From NCBI GenBank assembly GCA_963693055.1, contig OY843751.1:1-64000 (forward strand): DNA of 64,000 nucleotides. The letters are read 5' to 3'. The notes beneath the pieces were generated by a model. The model saw only the letters and a list, made by a program, of their open reading frames with translations. It did no database searches and was not told the DNA's origin. Both the position numbers and the translations under genes were made by a program. Below, in pieces: positions 30,817 through 43,429 of the stretch; position 1 is the first letter of the stretch; every line of letters starts with the position of its first letter. This stretch comes from a bacterium (GTDB taxonomy: Bacteria > Zhuqueibacterota > Zhuqueibacteria > Residuimicrobiales > Krinioviventaceae).

Positions 30817-32871
30817 ATGCAAAGAGGCCATCTGTTTCGACTGATACTCATAGTGACATTTATTGTTTTATCGATATTATCACTATATCCAACATTTCAA
30901 CTGGGTGATCTTCAGGATAAAGAGGCCGCGCTGGTTGGACAAATTAATGAATTAACCGGCCTTGAAGTTGCCGAAATTGAATCCGGCGTTACACAGGGTG
31001 ATCTTGAAACCCTGGTGCGCGATGCCGTAGGCGGTGATACGCTTGATCAAACTCTGAAAGTAACCAATGAGTTGATTAAATTAAACACCAAGATTGTCAA
31101 AGTTGAAGGCAATGCAATAAGACAGGGACTTGACCTTCAGGGTGGTACCTATTTGGTGTATGAAGTAGACTTGCCTCAGTTAATGAGAGAAAAAGCCAAA
31201 ATCAAAGATGATCGTCTTGAAGATGTGATTACGGCAACTCAAAAGCAGGTTGAAGAAGAAAACAAAGAGTTTTTTGATATATTGACGGACAACTTTAAAA
31301 GCCGCAATATTCAATTGAATCGTTATTTTGGTCGTAAAGGGCAAAGTGATGATGAGATTGTTGAAGACCTGAAAAAAGAAGCCGAAGATTCAATTGATCG
31401 TACTTTGGAAAATATTCGTAACCGTGTTGACCAGTTTGGTGTTTCTGAGCCATCCATTCAAAAAGAAGGAACACGCCGAATTGTTATTGAACTTGCGGGT
31501 ATCCAAAATATTCAACGCGCCAAAGAAGTTATTGGTAAAACAGCGTTGCTTGAATTCAAGCTTGTTAAAGATACCGACATTGTAGTATCTACGATTAATG
31601 ATATTGATCGTGTTGTTAGAAAGTTACGTCTTGGTGAAGAATTTGATGTGAGTGAACTGGACCAGTCTAAGGTGGATTCATCCGAAGTTGGAGAAGCTGC
31701 AGAAGACAAAAATATGTCCATTAATGAATTGTTTGGTGACGATGAAGAAGTAGCAACGGAAAGCAAAGATGAAAATGGTGACATTGTTGTTGATGAAAAA
31801 ACCTTTGCAGACAAACCCTTTTCTTCTTTGATGCGTCGTTTGCCAAATCGTAGTGAAATTTTCGTTCCTGTTCAGAATGAACGTGCAGTACAGCGTATTT
31901 TACAAATGCCTGAAGTTCAGGATGTAGTGCCCGCGGATGCAGAGTTTTTGTGGGGTATGGAAAATACAGTGCTGAATGAACAGGAATATTTGGAATTGCA
32001 TCTTATTAAAAAAGAAGCAGAATTGTTGGGTTCTACACTTACTGATGCTCAGGTGCAGGTAGGTGGCGGCGGACAAAACAGTTTTAATGCTGGTGAAGCC
32101 GAAGTTCATATGGAACTGAACAATGAAGGAACCAAAACTTTTGCACGTGTTACCGGTATGAATGTTGGCAAATTCCTGGCAATTGTATTGGATAACAAGG
32201 TTGCATCAGCTCCCAGAATTAAGGAAAAAATTCCTTCAGGAAGTGCTAGAATTGAAGTTGGTAATATGGATGAAGCTAAAGATTTAGCATTGACCTTGCG
32301 TGCCGGTGCTTTACCTGCTCCTATTCATGTTATTACAGAAAATACAGTAGGGCCTTCTTTGGGACATGATTCCATTAAAAAAGGTCAGAATTCTGCATTA
32401 ATCGGAATATTGCTGGTAATTCTTTTTATGATTTTTTATTATCGGGCCTCTGGAATTATTGCGGATTTTGCACTTTTATTAAATATTGTATTTGTTATGG
32501 CAGTTATTGCAAGTTTTCATGCTACGTTGACCCTGCCGGGTATTGCCGGAATTATTTTGACAGTAGGTATGGCGGTTGACGCAAATGTGTTGATTTTTGA
32601 AAGAATTAGAGAAGAAATCAAGACCGGTAAAACCATAAGGGCTTCTATAGATAGTGGTTATAGCCGTGCATTTTCTACCATTTTAGATGCCAATATTACA
32701 ACATTGATCACCGCGGTTGCGTTGTATAGCTTTGGTACCGGTCCCATTAAGGGATTTGCATTGACGTTGTCTATCGGTATTTTGGCAAGTATGTTTACCG
32801 CCATTGTTGTTACCCGGTTGATTTTTGATTTAATTACGTCACGTTATGCTGTTAAAAAGTTGAGTATTTAA
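30817..32871 (+). CDS. secD: Protein translocase subunit SecD
   Basis: GLDLQGG, RVDQFGVSEP, LRAGALPAP, VGPSLG, GMAVDANVLIFERIREE. Confidence 0.97.
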   Translation: MQRGHLFRLILIVTFIVLSILSLYPTFQLGDLQDKEAALVGQINELTGLEVAEIESGVTQGDLETLVRDAVGGDTLDQTLKVTNELIKLNTKIVKVEGNAIRQGLDLQGGTYLVYEVDLPQLMREKAKIKDDRLEDVITATQKQVEEENKEFFDILTDNFKSRNIQLNRYFGRKGQSDDEIVEDLKKEAEDSIDRTLENIRNRVDQFGVSEPSIQKEGTRRIVIELAGIQNIQRAKEVIGKTALLEFKLVKDTDIVVSTINDIDRVVRKLRLGEEFDVSELDQSKVDSSEVGEAAEDKNMSINELFGDDEEVATESKDENGDIVVDEKTFADKPFSSLMRRLPNRSEIFVPVQNERAVQRILQMPEVQDVVPADAEFLWGMENTVLNEQEYLELHLIKKEAELLGSTLTDAQVQVGGGGQNSFNAGEAEVHMELNNEGTKTFARVTGMNVGKFLAIVLDNKVASAPRIKEKIPSGSARIEVGNMDEAKDLALTLRAGALPAPIHVITENTVGPSLGHDSIKKGQNSALIGILLVILFMIFYYRASGIIADFALLLNIVFVMAVIASFHATLTLPGIAGIILTVGMAVDANVLIFERIREEIKTGKTIRASIDSGYSRAFSTILDANITTLITAVALYSFGTGPIKGFALTLSIGILASMFTAIVVTRLIFDLITSRYAVKKLSI

Positions 32872-32895
32872 TAATTCTGAGGAGATGGAAGCAGA

Positions 32896-33807
32896 ATGCA
32901 ATTTTTTAAAGAATTACAAAACCTGAAAATTATTCCCAATAGAAAATATGCTTATATTTTCTCTGGGGTATTGATCCTGATCAGCTTCTTTTCATTGTTT
33001 TTACATAAAGGCCCCCAGTATGGTATCGACTTTACGGGTGGTACATCATTACAGTTGAAATTTGAAAAAACAGTTGCCCCCGGTGAACTCCGAGAATCGT
33101 TAAGCGGCATCGGGTTTGGCAGAGCGGAAATTAAGCGGATTGGTTTACCCAAAGATAACGAGTTTATCATTCGTGTTGAACAGTTGGAAGAAGGCGCAGA
33201 AGCCGCTACTGTTATGGAGACTAAATTGACCCAAGATTTTCCTGATAATGCATATGACATCCGTGCAGTGACGGAGATTGGCCCCAAAATTGGTAGCGAG
33301 TTGCGTACTGCAGCCATTTTGGCGATTTTGTTTTCACTGGCCGGTATTCTGGTTTATATCAGTTTCCGTTTCGAATTCAAATACGCGGTTGCCGCGGTTG
33401 CCGCACTTTTCCATGATGTGTTTATCACACTTGGAATCTTTTCACTGTTGAATTTTGAAATATCACTTGCTGTTGTTGCGGCGTTTTTAACAATTGTGGG
33501 TTATTCATTGAATGATACCATTGTTGTTTTTGACAGAATCCGTGAGAATTTGAAAATTCTGCGTCGTGAAAATTTTGATAATCTGGTAAATATCAGTTTG
33601 AACCAAACGTTGAGCCGTACTATCATTACTTCATTAACAACCTTGATTGTAGTATTAGTACTCTATATTTTGGGTGGTGAAGTAATACACAGTTTTGCCT
33701 TTGCATTAATTATTGGTGTGCTCATTGGTACGTATTCTTCTCTGTTTGTGGCAAGTCCTATTGTTGTGGAATGGCAAAATCGTACTGCTGACAAAAAGAG
33801 AAAGTAA
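32896..33807 (+). CDS. secF: Protein translocase subunit SecF
   Basis: GIDFTGG, HDV, GYSLNDTIVVFDRIREN, GTYSS. Confidence 0.97.
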   Translation: MQFFKELQNLKIIPNRKYAYIFSGVLILISFFSLFLHKGPQYGIDFTGGTSLQLKFEKTVAPGELRESLSGIGFGRAEIKRIGLPKDNEFIIRVEQLEEGAEAATVMETKLTQDFPDNAYDIRAVTEIGPKIGSELRTAAILAILFSLAGILVYISFRFEFKYAVAAVAALFHDVFITLGIFSLLNFEISLAVVAAFLTIVGYSLNDTIVVFDRIRENLKILRRENFDNLVNISLNQTLSRTIITSLTTLIVVLVLYILGGEVIHSFAFALIIGVLIGTYSSLFVASPIVVEWQNRTADKKRK

Positions 33808-33845
33808 GAACCTTCCATGCAGTATTAACGGATTGGGAGATTATT

Positions 33846-34187
33846 ATGGAAATTATTGAACATTTAGAAAACGATATTATTATTTTAGATTTGTCTGGCA
33901 AGATAATGGGTGGTCCGGATGCGGCAGCTTTGAACGACAAGCTTCACGAGTTGATTGAAGCCGGTAAAACAAGAGTTGTTGCTGATTTGTCTGAAGTGAA
34001 TTGGATGAACAGCAGCGGTCTAGGGATTTTAATCAGCGCTTTGACGACAATCCGAAATGCAGGTGGCGACTTGAAGCTTGCTTCTGTTACGGAGCGGGTT
34101 AAAAGTCTGCTCAAGATAACAAAACTCTTGTCCGTGTTTAATGTTTATGAAAATACAGGCGAGGCCATCGCCAGCTTTAATAATTAG
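33846..34187 (+). CDS. STAS-domain anti-sigma factor antagonist
   Basis: DLSEVNWMNSSGLGIL motif. Confidence 0.9.
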   Translation: MEIIEHLENDIIILDLSGKIMGGPDAAALNDKLHELIEAGKTRVVADLSEVNWMNSSGLGILISALTTIRNAGGDLKLASVTERVKSLLKITKLLSVFNVYENTGEAIASFNN

Positions 34188-34205
34188 CAAGATTTAAATG
34201 TTAAC

Positions 34206-35919
<1,714 letters not shown>

Positions 35920-35920
35920 A

Positions 35921-38230
35921 TTATTTCCCCTCTACAGTTTCATGATCTAACAATTTACGAATTACAAACGCAATTTCTTTCATAAAGATTGGTTTCATAA
36001 TAAACTCATGAATGCCAATTTTTTTTGCTTTTTCTTCGGAAATTACTTCACTAAACCCTGTACATAATACAATAGGAATTTCTGGTCTGATTTCCAATAT
36101 TTTTTTTGCAAGTTCGGCGCCGGTTAATGAGGGCATGGTTTGGTCTGTGATGATTAGATCAAAATCATAGGGGTGTTGTTCAAACAATTCCAGCGCTTCG
36201 GTACTATTTGACTTGGCAATCACGTTGTAACCCAATTGTTCAAGCATTTCCTGGCCAATCTCAACAAGCGTTACTTCATCGTCAACAAATAAAATATTTT
36301 CTGAACCATGGGGAAGGATAGAATCCTGTTCTTCTTTTTCTTCAGAGGCCTCTTCAATTCTAGGAAGGAATATATTAAACGTTGTACCTTTACCTATTTC
36401 ACTGTAAACGGAAATATCTCCATTATGACTTTTTACAATACCATGAACCACTGATAATCCCATACCGGTACCTTCGCCGGGTTTTTTTGTTGTAAAATAG
36501 GGCTCAAAAATTCTTTCAGAGATTTCCGGCGCCATGCCATGTCCACTATCTGTGACCGATAGCTTGATAAAGGGACCAGCGGAAAGACCGTGATAATGAT
36601 TTGCATCTCTGGGGGTGATTTCTATTTCAGACATGCTGACTTCAAGAATTCCCCCGCTGTGGCGCATTGCGTGGGCTGCATTGGTACATAAATTCATGAT
36701 CAATTGATGGATCTGTGTGGGATCTGCAAATACCAGGCTTTTATGTGATCTGATGTTTTGACGTATCTCTATAGTTGTGGGGAGTGAAGCACGTAACAGC
36801 TTTAATACTTCTTTAATGATCAGGCTGATCTGTAAGGGTTTAACTTCCTGCTGGCCCTGACGGCTGAATGCCAAAATTTGTTTGATCAGGTCTTTTGCTC
36901 GATAGCCGGCTTGCAAGACCTGCTGCAAGTGTTTATAAAGCTTAGAGTCTTCCTGGAGATCTCTTTGTGACAATTCGGTATAGCCAAGAATAGCCGCAAG
37001 AATATTGTTAAAGTCGTGAGCAATTCCACCGGCCAGGGTACCAATGGCTTCCATTTTTTGGGCCTGGCGTAGTTGTTTTTCCATTTTTACTTCATTGGTA
37101 ACATCACGTTTTACCGCCACGTAATTGGTAATGGAGCCCCTGGTGTTTCTGATTGGAGATATGGTTACCTCATCTTCGTAAACCGTACCATCTTTTTTCT
37201 GGTTAAAGATGTGACCGTTCCAAATATCACCGCTGAGTATGGTTTTCCACATGTCTGTGAAAAAGGATTTATCATGTTTTTGGCTGTTAAAAATTCTGCA
37301 ATTTTGGTTTAAAAGCTCTTTTCTTGAAAAACCGGTTATACGCTCAACAACGGGATTAACATATTGTATATTGGCATTGGTATCTGTTATTACAATACAT
37401 TCTGCAACCTGTTCAAAGGCTGTTGCTAGGCGAATCAGTTCATTTTCAGCTTTGGTCCTTTCGGTAACGTCTAGCAGAAATCCTATAACACCCGTAATTT
37501 TTTTGGTTTCGTTTCTAAGGGGTGACAACGTAATATCCAGCCAAAATTCACCTTTGGGTAGCTTTATCAAAAAAGTATCATTAATTGTTTCACCGGTATC
37601 AAATACATTGTGGATCTGGGTGATTCTGTTGATTGCATCTTTGGGTGAGTAATAAGAAGACAGAGATTTGCCAACCAGCATATCGGCACTGATTCCGTAA
37701 TGCTCATATATTTGTGGACTAACCCATGCTTGTGTATAAACGCCATCGTAATCATAAACGACTATCATTGCGTTTTGCATGGAACTTAAAATGCTTTCAA
37801 ATTGTTGAATATACTTTTTGTATACTGTTTGTTCGTGTTCTTTGTGGGAAAGAGTGTTTTTGTGGATCAATGCATTACGTACAATTCGGGGCATGCGGGC
37901 AAGATTGTCTTTTAAAACATAATCCCAGGCACCGTTTTGAATGCATTGGATTGCTGTTTGCTCGTCCAGATCGCCTGTTACAATAATTAATGGAATTGTA
38001 GGTTTTAGCGATTGGACCAAGTCAATTGCATCCAGGCCAGTTAAATTCGGCAAGTTAAAATCAGACAAAACCAGGTCGGGTCTGTATTCTTTTAACGCAT
38101 TAACAAAGTCAATTTTATTATCAACCGCAAAAGAGGTAAACGGTATTTCGTCTTTGTTCAGCTCTCGGATAATCAATTCAGTGTCGGTTTCGGAATCGTC
38201 CAGTATCAGTATGCGGACCGGTTCTGTCAT
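35921..38230 (-). CDS. Cytoplasmic hybrid histidine kinase (REC-PAS-PAS-HisKA-HATPase-REC)
   Basis: N- and C-terminal receiver motifs, two PAS/PAC segments, AHDFNN, NLCTNA, FTTK..GEGTGMGL. Confidence 0.93.
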   Translation of the reverse strand: MTEPVRILILDDSETDTELIIRELNKDEIPFTSFAVDNKIDFVNALKEYRPDLVLSDFNLPNLTGLDAIDLVQSLKPTIPLIIVTGDLDEQTAIQCIQNGAWDYVLKDNLARMPRIVRNALIHKNTLSHKEHEQTVYKKYIQQFESILSSMQNAMIVVYDYDGVYTQAWVSPQIYEHYGISADMLVGKSLSSYYSPKDAINRITQIHNVFDTGETINDTFLIKLPKGEFWLDITLSPLRNETKKITGVIGFLLDVTERTKAENELIRLATAFEQVAECIVITDTNANIQYVNPVVERITGFSRKELLNQNCRIFNSQKHDKSFFTDMWKTILSGDIWNGHIFNQKKDGTVYEDEVTISPIRNTRGSITNYVAVKRDVTNEVKMEKQLRQAQKMEAIGTLAGGIAHDFNNILAAILGYTELSQRDLQEDSKLYKHLQQVLQAGYRAKDLIKQILAFSRQGQQEVKPLQISLIIKEVLKLLRASLPTTIEIRQNIRSHKSLVFADPTQIHQLIMNLCTNAAHAMRHSGGILEVSMSEIEITPRDANHYHGLSAGPFIKLSVTDSGHGMAPEISERIFEPYFTTKKPGEGTGMGLSVVHGIVKSHNGDISVYSEIGKGTTFNIFLPRIEEASEEKEEQDSILPHGSENILFVDDEVTLVEIGQEMLEQLGYNVIAKSNSTEALELFEQHPYDFDLIITDQTMPSLTGAELAKKILEIRPEIPIVLCTGFSEVISEEKAKKIGIHEFIMKPIFMKEIAFVIRKLLDHETVEGK

Positions 38231-38436
38231 CTACTCCTCAAAATTTTTCGCTCCAGAAATGCAACCTTTTGCAATAGTGCTGGAATGTTTATATTGAAAA
38301 TATTATATTCTTTCAGATCAAGTACATAAAGTAATGAAAAGTATGTGTACAAATCAAGTGATTTTCTTGAAAAGTGAAATCAATTTCAGCGAATTTTGTG
38401 TTTTATTTATTAAATTTAACATAAGGAAGAAAAGTT

Positions 38437-39687
38437 ATGGCAAAACTGATTCCATTTAAAGGATTAAGACCTGCTCAGCAGATTGCTGCAAAAGTGGCCT
38501 CACTACCTTATGATGTATTGGATTCGAATGAAGCACGGATTATGGCTCAAGATAATCCGAAAAGTTTTTTACATGTAATTAAACCGGAAATAGATCTGGA
38601 TCCCGGTATTTCTCAGTATGACCAGCAAGTTTATGACAAGGGTAAAAGTAACCTCACCGCATTTATAAATGACGGTACCCTGATTCAGGATGAAAAGCCT
38701 TGTTATTATATATATAAACAAATTATGGGTGACCACGAACAAACCGGACTTGTAGCCTGTGCGTCTGTAGAAGAGTATATGAACAATATTGTGAAAAAGC
38801 ACGAGCATACACGTCCTGATAAAGTGAACGATCGTGTGAATTTAATGTTGGCATTGGAAGCGCAGACGGGCCCCATTTTTTTAGCATATAAACAAAATGA
38901 CAAAGTCAGATCATTGATCCAGGCAGCAATGGAAACCGAACCAGTTTATGACTTTACAAGCCATTTTGATATTCGACATATCTTTTATCTGGTTAATGAT
39001 GAAAAACAGGTCAGTGAAATCAAAGCTGCGTTTGATAATATACCTGTATTGTATATTGCGGATGGTCACCATCGTTCCGAAGGTGCTGCCGAGTATTGTA
39101 AACGCATGCGAGCAGAGAATCCCGATTTTACAGGAAATGAAGAATTTAATTTTTTTCTCACGGTGAGTTTTCCTGAGGATGAATTGTTGATATTGCCCTA
39201 TAACCGGGTTGTTAAAGATCTGAATGGTAATACTGCAGCTGAATTGTTGGAGAAAATTAAATCCGCTGGTTTTGTTTTTGAACCTTTCAGCGGAGATTTT
39301 AAAGGTCCTGAAAGCAAAAACAGTTTTGGTGTTTACCTTGAAGGCAAATGGCATTTGATTTCCGCAAACGAGTCCATGATGACCGGCAGAGATGAAGTAG
39401 GCCGTTTGGATGTGGCGTTGCTGCAGGATCTGGTTTTGAATCCCATGTTGAACATTCAGGACCCCCGTACCGATACCCGTATTAAATTTGTGGGTGGACT
39501 GGACTGTATTCAGACGCTTGAAAAACTGGTCAACAGTGGAGATTTTGCAGTAGCTTTTGCATTGTATCCTACCCAGATGGGACAGGTGATGGATGTTGCG
39601 GACGCAGGCATGGTAATGCCACCCAAGTCCACCTGGTTTGAACCCAAACTGCTGAGTGGAATGGTTACACACATGTTGGGTGAATAA
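38437..39687 (+). CDS. DUF1015 family protein
   Basis: PYDV, KKHEHT, YIADGHHR, MPPKSTWFEPK motifs. Confidence 0.9.
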   Translation: MAKLIPFKGLRPAQQIAAKVASLPYDVLDSNEARIMAQDNPKSFLHVIKPEIDLDPGISQYDQQVYDKGKSNLTAFINDGTLIQDEKPCYYIYKQIMGDHEQTGLVACASVEEYMNNIVKKHEHTRPDKVNDRVNLMLALEAQTGPIFLAYKQNDKVRSLIQAAMETEPVYDFTSHFDIRHIFYLVNDEKQVSEIKAAFDNIPVLYIADGHHRSEGAAEYCKRMRAENPDFTGNEEFNFFLTVSFPEDELLILPYNRVVKDLNGNTAAELLEKIKSAGFVFEPFSGDFKGPESKNSFGVYLEGKWHLISANESMMTGRDEVGRLDVALLQDLVLNPMLNIQDPRTDTRIKFVGGLDCIQTLEKLVNSGDFAVAFALYPTQMGQVMDVADAGMVMPPKSTWFEPKLLSGMVTHMLGE

Positions 39688-40448
39688 TGGTCTCGGTAAT
39701 TCCCCTGGCAATGAAAATGCCCAACTTTGGCGGCCGTAAAGTCAATATGTGGCTGATGGCCGCTGTTATCAAATCCCCGGATGCGACCATTCTGGTGGAT
39801 ACCGGATATGTGGGGCATGATGATATTTTCAAACAACTGGATTCGGTGGGGCTTGGGGTTGAGGATATAGATATTGTTCTCAATACCCATGTGCACCCGG
39901 ACCATGCGGGCAACAATCCGGCATTCAAAAACGCGCGCATAGTGCTTAGCAAAACCGATTATGATTTTACGCGCGAGTTTTCTGCAGCAATTTTAGAGAC
40001 GAACGATCCGTTGTCCGTATTTTTAAAATATTTCCCCGAGTATACCTCCAAACAGGCGGAACGCCATGCAGTTTCAGCCCAGCGCACAGCCGAACGGTTC
40101 TGGAACATTCAGGGGATTGGTCCTGCTGACAAGATCGAATGGATTGAAGACGATCCTGATTTGCCAGAGTATTTAGAGTTCTGGTCCACACCCGGTCACA
40201 CACCGGGGCACTATTCTGTGCTGATAAAAGGGGAAACCCGAAATATGCTGCTGGCAGGGGATGCCATGCCGAGCAGGTTGTTCTGGAAGCGAAATCTGCG
40301 CGAGACCGTACCGCGTTACAACTCGGATTCGTATGTGACCAGCAAAGCCCGCATTGAAGACTTTGAAGGGATCATTATGGGTGGGCATGATCTGCCTTTT
40401 GATACGGCAACTAAAAAGTATGTTGAGGATGGGAAAGTTGTGTTATAG
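39687..40448 (+). CDS. Metallo-beta-lactamase fold hydrolase
   Basis: VDTG, THVHPDHAG, TPGHTPGH, AGDA, GHD. Confidence 0.88.
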   Translation: MVSVIPLAMKMPNFGGRKVNMWLMAAVIKSPDATILVDTGYVGHDDIFKQLDSVGLGVEDIDIVLNTHVHPDHAGNNPAFKNARIVLSKTDYDFTREFSAAILETNDPLSVFLKYFPEYTSKQAERHAVSAQRTAERFWNIQGIGPADKIEWIEDDPDLPEYLEFWSTPGHTPGHYSVLIKGETRNMLLAGDAMPSRLFWKRNLRETVPRYNSDSYVTSKARIEDFEGIIMGGHDLPFDTATKKYVEDGKVVL

Positions 40449-40543
40449 CTGTGATTGATAAAGGATAAATATTAACCACAAATGAATCCGCCAGCAAGCG
40501 GACAAGCACAGCGGAACACAAATTTAAACATTATTTATTTTCA

Positions 40544-41242
40544 TTGAGAAGTACGGGTGGTTCATATTTAACAAAGGGGAGAACCCTGAAAAAAATCCAG
40601 ATTTTTTTACTATTATTTCTAGCTGTTTCTCAATGTGCGTTTGGCAATACGCGCTGGGGGTTGACTGCCGGTGTGAATGTTTCACGATTTTATGATATAC
40701 ATACTGAAATGGAACCGGGATTTCATTTGGGATTCATACGAGAGAATTGTTTGGATACAGGAGCATTTACCAGTTATGGATTGATCTTTTCCAGCAAGCG
40801 AGCATTTGTATCCAACAAGTCAGTGGGAGGCTGGGCGAATTCTATTTATTTATGGGACATTGATGTTCAACTGCTTTATCTGCAAGTACCCATTTTGTAT
40901 AATTATCAGTTTTCTATGAATCAGCATCCTGTATTTGTTTCTGTGGGACCTGTTTTATCTTTGTGTTTAGCTGATTTTAGTGAAAAGGCCAAAAAAGAAC
41001 TGTTCTTTTCTTCCGCACCTCCAAACTATAAATATGATTATTATGATACATATGGTGAACAATTGTTTTATCCTCAAAAGAGTTCATCTTTTGGCTTTGA
41101 ACTGGGGATTGGCGCAAAAGTTGAAAACTTGACATATAAATTATTTTCTCATATTGATTTTACCAATGTCAATGAGATTAAAGGAATCAAGATCAATCAG
41201 CCCTTTATTAGTTTTGGTTTCCTGGTTATGTGGTTTTATTGA
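40544..41242 (+). CDS. Outer-membrane beta-barrel (porin-family) protein
   Basis: WGLTAGVNVS, YLQVPIL and GP motifs, aromatic C-terminus; true start may be CTG 40586 after AAGGGGAG. Confidence 0.7.
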   Translation: MRSTGGSYLTKGRTLKKIQIFLLLFLAVSQCAFGNTRWGLTAGVNVSRFYDIHTEMEPGFHLGFIRENCLDTGAFTSYGLIFSSKRAFVSNKSVGGWANSIYLWDIDVQLLYLQVPILYNYQFSMNQHPVFVSVGPVLSLCLADFSEKAKKELFFSSAPPNYKYDYYDTYGEQLFYPQKSSSFGFELGIGAKVENLTYKLFSHIDFTNVNEIKGIKINQPFISFGFLVMWFY

Positions 41243-41342
41243 TTTAATCAATGGATTTGATTTACAGGTGCAAGCAATTTCTTTAAAGAGAGATCTGGAA
41301 TGTTGAGTAATGAATAGATTTTTATGAGAAATGTACCTTGTT

Positions 41343-41762
41343 CTAAATTCCCAGCAGGGGTAGATGCTTGACGCGGTGATATTCCAATGCTTTGCTGACG
41401 CACAATTTGATCTCGTTTTTCGGAATGTCATCATTCATATGAAATACTATTGCACGTTTGCCTTCATATGTGAACAGGTTCGGGAACAAGGTGCGAAACG
41501 TTTCAACCAGTTTTGTTTGGCAATGAAAATAGAGACAATAATAATCCGGATTGGTTTCTTTCCATCCCATTCTTACAGTACTGCCGATTTTTGTTAAATA
41601 GCTTGGCTCACCCCATTTCAGGTCCTCAATCAATTGTTCAACGCCCTCCAATGCTTCGGATGCTTCAATGATGAGCTGGCGGAGTTCCATTATTCTTTGT
41701 TGAATTTCAGGTGGGTATTTTTCAATTGTATGCAAGACGTTTGGATTGCTATTAAACTGCAA
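41343..41762 (-). CDS. DUF1801 domain protein
   Basis: LRQLI, LKWGEPSY, LYFHCQTKL, YEGKRA, ALEYH; TTG start after GGAGG. Confidence 0.85.
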   Translation of the reverse strand: MQFNSNPNVLHTIEKYPPEIQQRIMELRQLIIEASEALEGVEQLIEDLKWGEPSYLTKIGSTVRMGWKETNPDYYCLYFHCQTKLVETFRTLFPNLFTYEGKRAIVFHMNDDIPKNEIKLCVSKALEYHRVKHLPLLGI

Positions 41763-41895
41763 AAGGACCTCCGGATTGTTTTAATGCAAGATTGTTAAAA
41801 CAATGGACCAGACTAAATTAATCCCGGGAGAGTGGAAGAAAAAATGCTGAAAAGATATAGGAAGGAAACACTGGTCAGCCCTTGCAGAAAACTTG

Positions 41896-41998
41896 ATCGC
41901 GATTGATATTCATGTATAGCGAGCTGGATATTAGATTGGGACGTTCGTCCCATAGCAGGTGCTCAGCAATGGTGGTTTCTTTTGAATTGCAGCCTTGG
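41896..41998. repeat. 103-bp direct repeat, copy 1
   Basis: Matches 43430-43532 with 3 mismatches; contains hairpin TGGGACG-TT-CGTCCCA. Confidence 0.92.
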
Positions 41999-42021
41999 CC
42001 TTTTTAAAATATTTTGGAATA

Positions 42022-42046
42022 GGTTACAAGGCAGAGCCTTGTAACC
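42022..42046. repeat. REP-like palindrome
   Basis: GGTTACAAGGC-AGA-GCCTTGTAACC 11-bp perfect stem. Confidence 0.65.
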
Positions 42047-42083
42047 AGTAGGGAATAGTTTTTTACATGATTTCAGAATTCTA

Positions 42084-42112
42084 TTGACATATACTGTTTG
42101 TTTTCGTAATAT
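42084..42112 (+). promoter_or_regulatory. Sigma70-type promoter
   Basis: TTGACA-N17-TAATAT. Confidence 0.65.
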
Positions 42113-42248
42113 CCAAAAGGGAAGCAAGTCTTTTTATTATTAAAAGTAAAAATTTTAATTATCGGGGCGACTCTCGGGGAAACGGCGCTGTTTCGGGTGA
42201 GACCAAAACTGATATTTTAGCAATTAGAATAAATATATAGAGGGGCAT

Positions 42249-43328
42249 ATGCAAAGGAATCTGTACTTGATTGTTTTAATTGTATTTGCGGTATCAATAC
42301 TATGTAAACGAATACCCACATTGCCGGAAACAGAGCCGGAACCCGGCAGCAGAAATTATATATGGGAACTGGATACTCTGAACTCACCCATGAATTATAT
42401 AAGTGCTGTTTGGGGAGCCACACCAAACGATGTATGGGCAGTTGGCGGTGGAGGAACGTATCAAGACAGGTTATGGCATTATGATGGTGTTGAATGGTCT
42501 ATTTATAACAAAGAAGCGATTAATGTAGGGGGTATGACCCTTTGGGGCACAGGTCCGAACAATGTTTGGATGGGCGGACAAGGCGGTTGGGGAGTAGAGG
42601 GGGCTGCGATTTGGCATTTTAATGGCAAAGAATGGAGCCAGTTCTATAATTATAAAGTTGATGGCGCTTATATAATTTCTATTGAAAAAATTTGGGGAAC
42701 ATCTGCTAACGATGTTTATGCTTGTGGAATAATTGATTTTAAAAAAGAGACTATTGATAACTGGCGTGGCTTTGTATTGCATTTTGATGGTAAAAAGTGG
42801 AAAGAAATTGTACGAGCAACCTTTAATTCTCAATTTTTAAAAATAAGGAAAAATGATAATAAAGTCATTGTACAATCTTATGCAATGGATTATAAAAGCA
42901 GCGCTCAAGATATAATAGCATTTTATCAAATAAGTGATAATAAACTTGATGAAATTTATTCAACAACGCTTAAAGATGTTTATTGGGCCAGTCTTCATGT
43001 TATTGATGGAATAACCTATTTTGTTGTTGGTGAGGAGGTATATTCATATCAAGGAGCAAAGATGATTGAGCAATTTACAGTACCAAATTCTGAATTTAAT
43101 TGTCAAATTTATGGCAGGAACAATCTTGATCTTTTTCTTAGTATGAAAGATGGTATCGCCCATTATAATGGAACAGATGTTGAATATATATATACTTATC
43201 CCAATGAAAGCATGGGCAACATAAATGATCCCATAATATTTAAAAATGAAATATTTTTTTGTGTGTTGAATCTTAATAGTACACCGGAAAATAGTAATTT
43301 AATTTTACATGGCAAGATTTTAAAATAA
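42249..43328 (+). CDS. Putative lipoprotein with beta-propeller-like repeats
   Basis: Signal peptide ending ILC; repeats of (V/I/L)WG..PNDVWAVG and W(H)YDG..W; AT-rich. Confidence 0.78.
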   Translation: MQRNLYLIVLIVFAVSILCKRIPTLPETEPEPGSRNYIWELDTLNSPMNYISAVWGATPNDVWAVGGGGTYQDRLWHYDGVEWSIYNKEAINVGGMTLWGTGPNNVWMGGQGGWGVEGAAIWHFNGKEWSQFYNYKVDGAYIISIEKIWGTSANDVYACGIIDFKKETIDNWRGFVLHFDGKKWKEIVRATFNSQFLKIRKNDNKVIVQSYAMDYKSSAQDIIAFYQISDNKLDEIYSTTLKDVYWASLHVIDGITYFVVGEEVYSYQGAKMIEQFTVPNSEFNCQIYGRNNLDLFLSMKDGIAHYNGTDVEYIYTYPNESMGNINDPIIFKNEIFFCVLNLNSTPENSNLILHGKILK

Positions 43329-43362
43329 GGAGAATACTGCTAAACCATAAGAATAATTAATC

Positions 43363-43389
43363 GGAGACAGCGATTGCGGCGCTGTCTCC
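43363..43389. terminator. Stem-loop downstream of the lipoprotein gene
   Basis: GGAGACAGCG-N7-CGCTGTCTCC 10-bp perfect stem. Confidence 0.5.
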
Positions 43390-43429
43390 TGAATTTAGAA
43401 CAGCACACAGGTTGGCGCCCTAATACTTT

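Noticed and set aside
38911-39711. 266-aa antisense ORF and other overlapping short ORFs in the track
   Set aside because: They are shadows of well-supported genes on the opposite strand or frame and have no recognisable motifs.
42160-42205. Riboswitch in the lipoprotein gene leader
   Set aside because: Only a short imperfect hairpin (GAAACGGC/GCTGTTTC) is present, with no match to aptamer consensus I can recognise.
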